From Octopus bimaculoides (lineage: Eukaryota), in assembly GCF_001194135.2 (NCBI RefSeq), contig NC_068985.1, positions 96,446,490-96,510,489 of the forward strand: a DNA stretch of 64,000 nucleotides, given 5' to 3'. Every line of letters begins with the position of its first letter. Position 1 is the first letter of the stretch. A program made the translations under genes and the position numbers. The notes beneath the pieces are model-generated. The model searched no databases, was not told the DNA's origin, and worked only from the letters and a program-made list of their open reading frames with translations. Positions 11,950 through 24,430 of this stretch are shown here, piece after piece.

Positions 11950-12593
11950 GCCCTAAAATTCACTCCATAATTGCACACAGGCATATTTTCCAGACTGGGA
12001 GGTCACAGTTGGAAAATTTTTGATTACAGGTCAATCTGATCATCGACTTAACCCATTTGTCTGTCCCCTCTATGTTTAGCCCCTTGTGGGCAGTAAAGAA
12101 ATAAGAATGTCATCCATCTTCTCATTCAGGGTTCAAATTACACTGAAGGTGACCTCACCTTTCACCCTTTCAGGGTCGATAAAACGAGTACCAGTTTGAT
12201 ACTGAGGGTTAGTTAATGTAACCAAGTTATACCTTTCCCTGAAAATGCTGGCCTTACCACATGTAAGATGGTGAGCTAACAGAATCGTTAGCACACCAGG
12301 TGAAGTGTTTAGCGGCTTTTCACCTCTCATTATAATTTGAGTTCAAATTACGCTCAGGGTGACTTCACCTTCCACCATTTCAGGGTCGATAAAATGAGTA
12401 CCAGTTAGATACTGAGGGTTAATGTATGCTGAGGTTGACTTTACCCTCCAGAGTCAATAAAATAAATACTAGCCAAGCACTGGGGTCATTGTAATCAACT
12501 TAGCCCCTCCCCCAAAAAACTGCTGGCCTTGTGCTGAAATTTGAAACCTTGCATCTTACACACGAAAGGAGAAAACAGAAGCAAACTACACAC

Positions 12594-12863
12594 CTGAGTA
12601 GCCAGCCAAAGCGGCTGCCTGGATAACTGGTTTTCCATCGGAACCCGTGTTGGTGTTATCACTTGGAGACGTCTGTAGACTTCGGAAACTTGCAGAATGT
12701 AGATTAGTACGCATCTCATTATTCATCGACCAACTTTCTTGGGCGCTAATGTCTTGACCGTATTCCTGAGTGGACCAGGCACATTCGGACTTGATACTTG
12801 GTACTGTCTGGTATGGTTGGTGGTCGTAATAGTTGTCACCTGTTACCTCGTGGATATATTGGG
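12594..12863 (-). CDS. ETS1: ETS1/2-like internal exon (Ser-rich region plus HI-2, ending KPVIQAAALAGYS)
   Basis: Ends in KPVIQAAALAGYSG, matching ETS1 KPVIPAAALAGYTG. Acceptor TTACAG|CC, donor TCAG|GTGTGT; 270 nt, phase 1-1, in frame with the ETS exon. Confidence 0.93.
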
Positions 12864-12948
12864 CTGTAATTGGAAACAACAAGACATACATTACTGGCGT
12901 GATGTCATACATGACAATATATCATCATCATTTAACATACATTTAATA

Positions 12949-13312
12949 GATGCAGGAGTGGCTGTGTGGTAAGTAGCTTGCTAACCAGCCACATGGTTCT
13001 GGGTTCAGTGTCTTCTCCTATAACCTCGGGCCGACCAAAGCCTTGTGAGTGGATTTAGTAGACGGAAACTGAAGGAAGCCCGTCGTATGTATGTATATGT
13101 ATATATGTGTTTGTGTGTCTGTGTTTGTCCCCGCAACATCGCTTGACAACCGATGCTGGTGTGTTTACGTCCCCATAACTTAGCGGTTTGGCAAAAGAGA
13201 CCGATAGAATAAGTACTAGGCTCACAAAGAATAAGTCCTGGGGTCGATTTGCTCGACTAAAAGCAGTGCTCCAGCATGGCCGCAGTCAAATGACTGAAAC
13301 AAGTAAAAGAGT
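12949..13312 (+). mobile_element. Full-length tRNA-headed SINE family A (CORE-like; possibly the octopus OR-type family)
   Basis: A-box TGGCTGTGTGG, B-box GGTTCAGT, internal (TA/TG)n, 3' end CAGTCAAATGACTGAAACAAGTAAAAGA. The CCTTGGGCAAGTG motif in sister copies resembles the MIR CORE. The family name is from memory and was not searched. Confidence 0.9.
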
Positions 13313-14283
13313 ATACATTTTTCTATGTTGGCAAGGATGGATTGGTTTGACTGGAGCTGGTAAATCAGAGCTGCACCAGGCTTCATTCATCTCTTTTGGA
13401 TTGGTCTCTGTGGCTGGATACCTGCCCTTCCTAATGCCAACCACTCCAGAGAGTACTGGGTGCTTTTTTATGTAGCACCAACATTGTAAAAAGCACAGGC
13501 ATGGTTAAGTGGTTAGGAAGACTGCATCTCAATCACACAGTTTCGGGTTCTATCCTACAGCACAGGCCATTGAGCAAGTGCTGCTATCTTTACTAATGTG
13601 CAAACACACATTACAGGCTTCTTTCAGTTTTCATCAACTCTCAAGGCTTTGGCTGGCCCTGGGCTACAGTAGACATTTTTCCAAGGTGCTGTGCAGTGAC
13701 ATAGAACCCAAGACCAAATGATTTAGAAGCGAGCTTCTTACCACACAGCCACTCCTGTGCCTGTACATCTGTGTATGCATTATTTACTATTATGGGAAGG
13801 CACATGACTAAGTGGTTAGGGTGTTCAACTTGTGATCATGAGGTCGTGAGTTCAGTACCTGATAGATAGTGTGTTGTGTCTTGAGCAAGACAATTTATTT
13901 CACATTAATCCAATCTACTCAGTTGGTAAAAATGAGTTGTACCAGAAATTCAAAGGGCCAGCCGTGTCACATTCTGTGGAGTACTCAGCCACATGCACGT
14001 TAATTTCATGAGCAGGGTGTTTCCATTGATTGGATCACCTAGAACCCTCGTGGTCGTAACCGACGGAGTGCCAGTTAATCACCATTGCAATCACACACAC
14101 ATTCTTACAAAATCTTTTTTTAATTTTTATTTTCATAACTTTAAAGAATTAACGAGACTAATCATTCATGTACACACACACGCATCTTTACACAAACCAC
14201 ACATATGCTTACACCCAGCAATATATGTTCATATGGGTGTTAATTATGTTACTAATTATAAAAGAAACGAGCATACATACATG

Positions 14284-14314
<31 letters not shown>

Positions 14315-15278
14315 CACCCACGCACATATTTACAATCACACACCCATGTTGCACACGAAAATAAATGAAAATAAACGAGAAATGTAAATGAGAATAGAAA
14401 ACATGTTTCAAATTACATTGCTTGGTTTTACATATTTTTTGCACTCAAACCATTCCTATCCTTAGGCACGACTGGGAGTTAAGTAACCTTATACATGTTG
14501 GCTCATGAGACCCAAGTCCCTCTAAGTTCATATGTATATTTTACTCGTTTCAGTCATTAGACTGCGGCCATGCTGGGGCAATACCTTGAAGAGTTTTTGG
14601 TTGAACGAATCAACCCCCAGCATGTTTTTAAGCCTGGTATTTACTCTATTGGTTTCTTTCACCAAGCTGCTAACTTACTGGGATGTTAACAAACCAACAC
14701 TGGTTGTCAAGGCGTGCTGGGGGACAAACAGACAGAGACACACTCAAGACATTCTTTCAGTTTCTATCTACTGAGGGTATAGAAGACATTTACCTAAAGT
14801 GTCATGCAGTGGGACTGAACTTAGAACTGTCTGGTTGAGAAGCAAAGTGCAGACATGGCTGTGTGGTTAAGAAACTCACTTTGCATCCATGTGGTTTTGG
14901 GTTCAGTTCCACTCTGTGTGACACCTTGGGCAAAAAAATGTCAAGAGTTAAATCTTATATGGGCCCTTCTGATGCTTACAGGATTAATCCGAATAAAAGA
15001 AGCCATGACTATGATTTTGACAGATTAGGGGCTGACCTAAAGGCACAGAAATGATCATCATATTACCATTTAAAGTCCAATTTTCATGTTGGCATGGGTT
15101 AGACTGTTTTGACAGAGGCTGGCTAGGCAGAAGACTGTGCTAAGCTTCACCGTCAGTTTTGGCAGAATTTTTATGGTTGGATGCCCTTCCTAACACCAAC
15201 CACCTTACAGAAATCAACATCAGAATTGCGATCAATAATACTGATTCTGGGATCCAAAAATGAAAAGATGGGACGTAC

Positions 15279-15491
15279 CTCGTGAGATATTTTTCGTTGG
15301 AATTGGTCGGTACTTGTTTTCCTGAAGAATTGGGTAGAACTCAGGATGGTCGTAGAAGTTGGCATGTTGCTGCTGCATGTTCTCCAGGTTGTGGTAGTCA
15401 GAATTATCTTCATACAAATGGTTCACTGGAATCACAGCCTCACCATTCATTTCTGCCATTGTCTGAATAGAATCAGATATCTGGTAGGTTC
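15279..15491 (-). CDS. ETS1: ETS1/2-like internal exon (acidic/Gln/Tyr-rich putative activation region)
   Basis: Open frame TYQISDSIQTMAEMNGE...NMQQQHANFYDHPEFY...KNISR. Acceptor TGTGCAG|GA, donor CGAG|GTACGT; 213 nt, phase 1-1, compatible with both neighbouring exons. Confidence 0.85.
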
Positions 15492-17274
15492 CTGCACAAC
15501 CAACAGAGAACATTAAAATGTTAGACTTTTACACTGAATATCCGGAATGTAAAAGTGAAATTTCTACCGAAGACTTTCAATAGAAATATCTATAAAAACC
15601 ATTCATTTCCTAAAATGCTATTGATACCAGCATTCTTGAAGCTACCATTGATTCCACAATATAAAATATCTCATTTTAAAGAGTTCATATGTAAAACATA
15701 TCATCATCATCATCATCATTTAGCATCCATTTTTTATTCTGACAAGGCCAGGAACTACATCAGGTTCCATTGTCTGTTTTGGCATGGGTTCTACAGCTGG
15801 ATGTCCTTCCTAACTTTACAGAGTGTACTGGGTGCTTTTATGTGGCACCAGCATCAACAGGGTCACTAAGTACCTAGCAAGACAGAAATATAATCTTATG
15901 GAATAAGTTATATAAAAACTTAAGGTAGCTGTTTTATCAAATTCCACCAAATTTCTGTTGAAAGACACTGCTTTTGTTGCAGTTAATTTTGCAAACAACG
16001 AAGAGCTCAGCATAAAAACGAAACAGAGCAAAAAAGAAATTATTTTTAATGTGGTGTTTAAAGTGTTGAGCTGACAGAATCATTAATGCATTGGACAAAA
16101 TACTTTGCAATGTTTCTTACAGTTCTTAACTGTGAGATACTGTAATAGTGTTGTTGTGTTTTTGTCTTTTCTCTTTTATACTTCATGTCATTGCTTTCTA
16201 CAGACATAGCAGCAAAAATATTTCTCTAGATTATAAGTTTAATCCACTATTGACCGAATTATGTTCATTCTATCCTTTTGTGTTTGTTGGGTGTTTTTGA
16301 AGGAAAATGATTCTAAATTTATTTATTGAGCAAATAAAGGATGGAAAATGAAATTAGACACAACAGAGAAAAATTACACAAATTAGGAATCAAACGTGTA
16401 AATATTAATAAGTGACTAACAGACAGACACAAAACCAAGGTCACCATGACCTGAACAGAGACACACAGTATTGTTGTTGTTGTTGTTTAGCTCTGATCAA
16501 GTACACCAATGAGATTCTGGCCAAAATGATCCCATCTTTATAATCAGGCTATTGTGTTTAGGACTACATCATCTAATCTGTCCTTCTTTCAAGGAACGAC
16601 TCCCCTTATTGGTTTGAAACTTTCTTACAGCCATTGTATTGGAATCTTGTGTCCTCACAGGACAAAGCATACATTAACACACACATTACATTATTCCATA
16701 GACAACCTACATCCACAGAGGTCTGTGATGTTATTATGGTATATGTGATTGATCATGGCCAACTAGTGTAGTGGCCTACAAAATTCTCTGCCACCTGTCT
16801 ATGTAACATACAATTATAAACAGGGGAAATTTTAGCCATGTCTCTGCAGACTGAAAAAAATGATGAACAACCTTAATTGATTTTCAAACCTTATTGAGTT
16901 CTCATCAGATGTGTCTACAACATTCTGACAGCCTCCAAGGAAACAAGCAGCCAAACTGTTTATATACTTAACAAATACAGCAGTTACCCTATGCAGGTGT
17001 CCCTAATTTGCATACCGAAAGTGTTTAACATTCTATAAATACCAGTGGCCTGTCAACGGGGATCTTAGTCCACACAGTATCAAGGTATGGTATAATATAC
17101 ATGTAACATATGGTATAATTATAAACAGGGCAAATTTTAGCCATGTCTCCACAGACGGAAAAAATGTAGAAACCCCCAAATGGGATATACTTAACAATTG
17201 GGCATAGTTGTTTCCTCCTTGTGGAGGAAGGAAGTGACTACGACTTTTATAAGACCGTAACACTTTTTTTTTTT

Positions 17275-17590
17275 ACTTGTTTCAGTCATTTGACTGTGGC
17301 CATGCTGGAGCACCACCTTTAGTTGAACAAATCAACCCCAGGACTTATTCTTTGTAAGCCTAGTACTTATTCTATTGGTCCCTTTTGCTGAACTGCTAAG
17401 TTATGGGGATATAAGCACACCAGCATCAGTTGTCAAGCGATGCTGGGGGTGGGGACAAACACACACATCCACTCACAAGGCTTTGGTCAGCCCGAGGCTA
17501 CAGTAGAAAACACTTGCCCAAGGTGTCACACAGTGGGACAGAACCTGGAACTGTGTGGTTGGTAAGCAAACTACTTACTACACAGCCACT
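17275..17590 (-). mobile_element. SINE family A copy (internally deleted)
   Basis: Reverse complement of the 12949-13312 element, lacking part of the middle. Confidence 0.85.
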
Positions 17591-17934
17591 CCTGGTCACA
17601 TCAATACATTTGATAACTGCAAAGGAATTCCATATAGTTGATGTTAGGGGTTTATTGACTGGGTATTGATTAGTGCATGAAGTATGAGAAGAAGCGCAAA
17701 TGAAGAGGGAAGACCAGAACCCTGAACAGGCTTAGATGGAAGAAATATAAAACAAGATAGCTCTGTGAAACAGTCTATTGGAGTTTCAGGGTAAAAGGCA
17801 GGGTGAGAAAACAGTGCCTGGGTGGGCCATTCTAACCCTCTTTAGTACTTCGATTACTCTGTCGAGAGTAATGTTTATTTATTCACACCATTTTGAATTA
17901 ATCCTGCAATATCTCAGTTTTGAGACTTTGATTG

Positions 17935-18428
17935 GACACTAAACTCGGCTTGCAAAGACCTGTTGGGGCAAGTGAAAGCGAAATCGTGATGGCACCTGTA
18001 CCAGTGGAGCGCTAAGAGCAGTGTCCAAGCGGGATCGTTGCCAGAGCACCTGTCTGGCTTCCGTGCCAGAGGCATGTAAATAGCACCATTTGAGCGTGAT
18101 CGTTACCAGCGTCACCTTCCTGGCACATGAAAAGACATTCGAGTGAGGTCGTTACTAGTGCCGTTGGACTGGCTCCTGTGCAGGTAGCACGTAAAATACA
18201 CCATTTTGAGCGTGGCTGTTGCTAGTACCGCCTGACTGGCCTTCGTGCCGGTGGTACATAAAAGCACCCACTACATTCTCAGAGTGGTTAGCATTAAGAA
18301 GGGCATCCAGCTATAGAAACTCTGCCAGATCAGATTGGAACCAGGTGTAGCTATCTGGTTCACCAGTCCTCAATCAAATTGTCCAACATGGAAAGCGGAC
18401 GTTAAACGATGATGATGATGATGATGAT
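17935..18428 (+). mobile_element. RTE-LINE 3'UTR remnant (family C) with ~65-bp tandem units and (GAT)n tail
   Basis: Same sequence as 37300-37762 and 29985-30278; ends GGACGTTAAACGATGATGATG. Confidence 0.85.
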
Positions 18429-21400
18429 TTCCACCTGTTTCATTCAATTTTTAAAATGAAGAATTTAGTAGAATAACTGCTACCTGGCCAAAATATTCCA
18501 CCTGTTTTATATTCAAACTGTTCAGATCCAGCCTCTCACACCTATCCCACAATGTCATTCTAAAAGTAAACAGTCACATCACTGAAGTCTGTCTCATGGT
18601 TACAAGATATTCCATGTTAATAAATAATATGAGAACTGAAGGGTTAAGCAGGAAGTTCATATAGAACTAGGGACGGTTGCAGACAGGATGGTATCAAAAG
18701 GGCCAAGAAGGAAGAATATGAAACAGAATTGCTGACCTTCTGGTATATAGGGTTGGCCATTACCATTGTTGTTATTAGCCATATGTAATTGGTGAGGCAT
18801 GGAGAGGTCACTGTGATAGTCTGAAAAAAAGCATAAAAGAAGAAAAAAAAAACCTTTTAAGGAATTGGGTTTAAAACTGTTATCTGTGTGAAAGAAGGAA
18901 AGGAATTGGTAACTGTGAATGTGACTGCTCCGATGGGATAAGTTCTAAGACGTTTCCTCTGCAGAAACTGCGAAGTAAATGGAGAAACAAAGGAGGGAGA
19001 GGGGGAGAATAAAAATAACAACAACTAAAACAATGAGAACAACAACAATGACAAGAACAATATTCATTGTGAAATGTGTTGTTAGTAAGAGGGGGTAGCA
19101 GAAACAGGGTTAGGGTGGGGATGGAGTGGGGATTTGTATTGAGAAGCTGAACACAAAGTCAATTTACTGACCAACATTGGAAACCAAGAAACTAAATGAA
19201 ATGAAACTTTTGGAAACCAATGGGGGAAGAATTTAAAGAACTAAAAGAATGGTTGCAAATAATGGCATCCAAGACCTAAAGGGATTTCCTCTTTTCAAAA
19301 CTAGTTTCAGAGGAATAATCTATATTTATTTAATAGGAGGGTTTCTAGAAGAAATCAGTTAAGACCAACTGCCACGAGGAATGAAGAATATAACGTTTCC
19401 AATTTTTGTCTTTCATCAGAGAAAGAAAGGAAATGGTTTTGTCATTTGGTTGGCATCAAGAAAGGAATTTGGTTATAGGAAATTTACTTCCACAAATTCT
19501 GTCTGACTCATGCAATTATGGAAAAGTAGACATTAAAAGAACTGATGTTACAGTAAGCTGGCCATGCTACAGCAGCCAAGTGATAAAACCATTTTCTTTC
19601 TTTTTGTTTGTTAATCTCTGATGAGAGATGGAAACTTGAAACATTTGATTCGTAACTCCTCAAGACACCTTTTCTTTCAACTCTCCAATTGATTTTTAAG
19701 TGTTGCAGACAGACCCTCACTAAATTCCTCAAAGTGTCAATTTAGCCTTATATTAATTTAAAATGATGTACTCTGAAAGTTTGGCAGTCACACACATCAG
19801 TTATTCACTCAAGCTAAAATGTCAAGAGTAATTAATTACAAAAAAAATGAAGAAATGATTAAGGAAAATAAATAAAANNNNNNNNNNNNNNNNNNNNNNN
19901 NNNNNNNNNNNNNNNNNNNNNNNNNNNNNNNNNNNNNNNNNNNNNNNNNNNNNNNNNNNNNNNNNNNNNNNNNNNNNNNNNNNNNNNNNNNNNNNNNNNN
20001 NNNNNNNNNNNNNNNNNNNNNNNNNNNNNNNNNNNNNNNNNNNNNNNNNNNNNNNNNNNNNNNNNNNNNNNNNNNNNNNNNNNNNNNNNNNNNNNNNNNN
20101 NNNNNNNNNNNNNATGTAACTGGAAATTAGGGAGTCAAACAAAAATCATTTTCATCGTAGAAAATGTAAAAGACACACACACAAACATACACAAATATTG
20201 GACATATATAGTTAAAAAAAAAAAATGGCAGTTTAGAAATTTAGTTGGATTTTACCTCAAGCTTTTGAGTTGGGAAACGGCTAACATCTGATGTTGTTCA
20301 CAGTGAAACTCAAGATCCACCCAGGAACATTAAAAGACCCTTTTGTTATCCAAGACTTAGCACAAGTAAATTCCTCAAAGGTAAATTCTGAGCATTGAAA
20401 TGTTTTATCAAATTAAATAAGGTTTACTGTTTCTTGTTCATTTTATCAACTGAATTCAAATTTGGCTGCCAGACATTTTGGCCAGCATCTGGTACCATTC
20501 CATATTTACTCTTTCGTAAGTTTAGTATGAGATGCCAAAGTATTCTGTTGAATACTAAAAAATAATCCTAGATCAGATGTATATAATATTTAATAAGAAT
20601 TTGATCTTGCACATCATAGTCACATTTACTTTTATAAGCACTGTGTTGTTTGCTATATCCTTTACAAACCAAGGAATTTAGAAAGAGAGAGCTGTGCTTT
20701 ACCGAGTTGATAAAAATGGCCAGAAAATACTGTTTGATTATACAAGATTAAACAGGATATAAATAGATATCTTGAAAATGACGGAGCAATGGAAATTGAA
20801 TTATGCTCGTTTTTATTTTTTTTCTTGTCAATCCTAAGAGAAAGCCACCTTTGAACTAAATATTTTTTAGTGATTCTTTTCAGCCATTGACAGAGAAATT
20901 CCCTGAAGCTATCCATGTTCTGTGTCACAGTATTCAAAAATGCAGTCTGCTTGGCAGCAAACTTCTATACAACTGTTCAGTTCAGAAACTGACCATTGAA
21001 TTTTTACTTCCCCGTTTCTTTTCACTGAGACCTTTATAAACAATTTTTTTCCCAAACTTTTTATTTCTAGTTTAGAAATCAATACATACATACATACATA
21101 CATACACACATACACATTCATTGTTGTACAAGATCATTTGTTTGGTTGTAACAACTTATAAGTAATTTGTAACAATAAACAGTGAAATGTCGATACAGAA
21201 GTTAAGATCTGGTTATTATTTACTTATTAGGAGTGGCTTATCGCAATGGTATAAGATATACACATCGATAAGATAGAGCAAATATTTCACCAAAGCAGTG
21301 GAATTTCCACCATGTATATTTAACATAATACTAATGACAATTATAACATTAACAGTAATAGTAGCAGTGACAACTGCAATATTTTTTTTTTTAAATGATT

Positions 21401-21816
21401 AATAATGACAGGAGTATTAATATGAAATGGTAATATTTATAATATTTATCTCTACTTAGAAGTGGATGTTGTGTTAGAACACAGAATACTGCATTACTTA
21501 TCACGAGAAAGCCTCTCGTATGAACTTGTGGTGCATATAAGCACTCATGTATATATCGCTAGTGGGATATAATCGTCTGCTGCCACCACTAGATGGAGTC
21601 CAGTCCTCAAGATGTTGGATAGGAGAAGTACCAGGTTAGAATACTAAACAAAGGCAGGGAGAGTAATCTTGTTACAAGGCCAGCAATTTTGAGGGGAGGG
21701 GCATATAAGTTAAGTACATCAACCTTGGTGGAATTTGAACTCAGAATGTGAAGAGCTGGAAGAAATGCTGTTATGTATTTTGCCTGACATGTTAATGATT
21801 CAGCCAGCTCATTGCC

Positions 21817-21862
<46 letters not shown>

Positions 21863-21880
21863 TTCTTCACAAAGGTAAAC

Positions 21881-22349
21881 AGACAAGATAAAGAGTGCAA
21901 TGCGATTGCAATATTTTATTGGTTGAATGATATTTCAACAGTAAGCTTGTCTTTGTCGAGTTTAAATAAAATGTGATAAAAATTCAAATCTAAAGTATAA
22001 ACGAGAGCAACCAGTGTATTTGAATGGTACAAAATCCATTGGCCCAGGGTTGGGCTCAACATAGGGGTCTAGCGAAATTACAGTTTTTGCATTTTATTTC
22101 TTCTTACAGTTGGCTTGTCAGCCCTGTTAGTTTTTGCTAGCCCCTGGTGTAGAACCCAATCCTGAGACAATGGATTTTGTGCCATTCAAAAACACTGATT
22201 GCTCTAACTCATATTTAAGATTTGAATTTCTATAATTTTTAATTTTCATCACATTTTATTTTGAACTTGACAAAGACAGGATTTCTGTTGAAATATCGTT
22301 TAACCCCAAAAATATCTATTGCAATCACATTGCGCTCTTCGTCTTGTCT
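21881..22349. mobile_element. Foldback element with ~170-bp inverted arms
   Basis: AGACAAGA..AGAG(T/C)GCAATG(C/T)GATTGCAAT...TTGAATGG(T/C)ACAAAATCCATTG is present at the left end and as reverse complement at the right end. Confidence 0.8.
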
Positions 22350-23799
22350 AATAATAATAATAACGATAATAAAGAGAAGAGAGCATTATTGCTGTGAATT
22401 TCCTATCATTTTTTCCCCTTTATCTTCTTTGTTTACCATTTTTTTCCTTTTTCTCTGTCTTTCTTACCCTGACTTTGTAAACGAACAATCTGCTGTGTTT
22501 ATTTTAATGGCCTACCAATGAATGTATACAACGAGTTTCTCGGTCCTAGGTGTCAGGAAGACACTTGGCAAGAAATGGAAACAGAATTAAAAGAAGATAA
22601 TAATGATAATAATAATAATCCTTTCTACTAAAGGCACAAGGCTTGAAATTTTGGAGGAAGGGCTAGTCAATAACATTGACTCCAGTGCATGACTGGTGCT
22701 TATTTTATCAAATTTTCTGAGTTCAAAGAGCAGACATTAACTAAGAGAGTTGGTGGTGGTGGTCATGAATGGGAGATGTTAAAAGTATAAAGTTGAAACG
22801 ATGATGATGATGATGATTTATTCAAGCTTCTGTAATATTTTTCTACAAGTGACATGAGAGAGAGAGTGAGAGTGAGAGTGAGAGAGAGTGAGTGAGACAG
22901 TAAGAGAGAGAGAGAGAGAGATGTTGAAAGCTTACTGGATATGTAGAAGAGGGGGGGAAATGGCTAGGAGTGGGGGTAGAGGGAAGAACCACACAAGGTA
23001 TCTATCCTATCTGCCCCTCCTCCATCTCCACAGCTCATCATTCCCTCTTCCCTCTCTCCGGCTACCCCCCACCCGACCCCGACTTTAAGATAATGGGCAA
23101 CATGGAACCATTAAGCTGTGTTAAGGCTGGCTGTCCTATAATTGGTAACTAGATCAAACTTGTGCATTAAAAACATTACACTATAAAGTTCAAGGAAGGG
23201 ACGGAAGATTCTGTCTGTGTGTGTGTGTGTGTGCATGTGAGGTTTGCATATATGTACATGAGCATACATACACACACACACACACGGATACTCACACATA
23301 CAAACAAATCCACCCACAATAGCCCCTCTCTATAATTACACCATTCCAGACAGCAGTGGTGGTGGTGGTGGTGGTGCAGAAGGGAAACTAGTGAGATGGA
23401 GAAAAAAAGAGAGAGAAAAAAATCCTCCACTTAATTGCTACCCAGCATGCCTTGCACACTTCCACACCCAAATCTGAAGAGGGACATATTCATTATATTT
23501 TAAGCAGCTCACTACATGTATGAGTGTGTGTGTATAGATGAATGTGTGTGTAAGTATATATATGGGTGCATGTGTTAATATGTATGAGTGTCCACACACA
23601 CGTGTGTGTGTGTGTTTGATTAACTGGTGGTAGGGCTTGTTGCTATATACCACTTTGCCTACCACAACCATTACTGAAGCAGCCCACATTAGGAAGTATC
23701 TAGATGTCCTTACCTACCTCAACTAAAACTGTAGCAGCTGGTGCTTAGTAGTTCTCAGTACAGCGTGACTTTTACCAACCCTTCAGAATATGCTGAAGT

Positions 23800-24430
23800 A
23801 ACCCAGAGGTAGCCCATCCTAGATGCTGCCAAAATCAGAGTTTAGCAATGTTGATTACAGTCGAGGCAGCCCTGAGGTAGCCCAGACTACATGCTGTTCA
23901 GACCCTTATGTACCATGTACTAGCCTTGAACAGATTTGGGGCAGCCCTAAGGTAGCCCATTCTAGATGCTGCCAAGATCAGAGTTTAGCAACGTTGGATT
24001 ACAATTGAGGCAGCCCTGAGGTAGCTCAGATTATTTGCTATTTAGGTCATCGTTGTAGCTGCCTTGAATTGAGGCAGCCCAGACAAGATGTTCAAACCCT
24101 TATATACCATGTACTAGCTTTGAACAGAATTGGGACAGCCCTAAGGTAGCCCACTCTAGATGCTGCCAAGATCAGAGTTTAACAATGTTGATTACAGTTG
24201 AGGGAGCCCTGAGGTAGCCCAGACTATTTGTTATTCAGGTCATCGTCGTAGCTGCCTTGAATTGAGGCAGCCCAGACTACATGCTGTTCAGAGCCTTATG
24301 TACCATGTACTAGCCTTGAATAGAATTGGGGCAACCCTAAGGTAGCCCAGATTAGATGCTCTTCAGACCAATGATGAACCAGCCTTGAAAAGAATTGAGG
24401 CAGCCTTGAGGTGGTTCCCAACAGATGCAC
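23800..24430. repeat. ~195-bp tandem repeat, about 3 copies, built from GCAGCCC(TGAGG)TAGCCC subunits
   Basis: CATGTACTAGC anchors at 23914, 24108 and 24304 (spacing 194 and 196). Confidence 0.9.

Noticed and set aside
18830-18975. Strong minus-strand polypyrimidine tract plus CAG inside the large intron
   Set aside because: The phase-1 frame hits TAG within 7 codons and no good donor follows.
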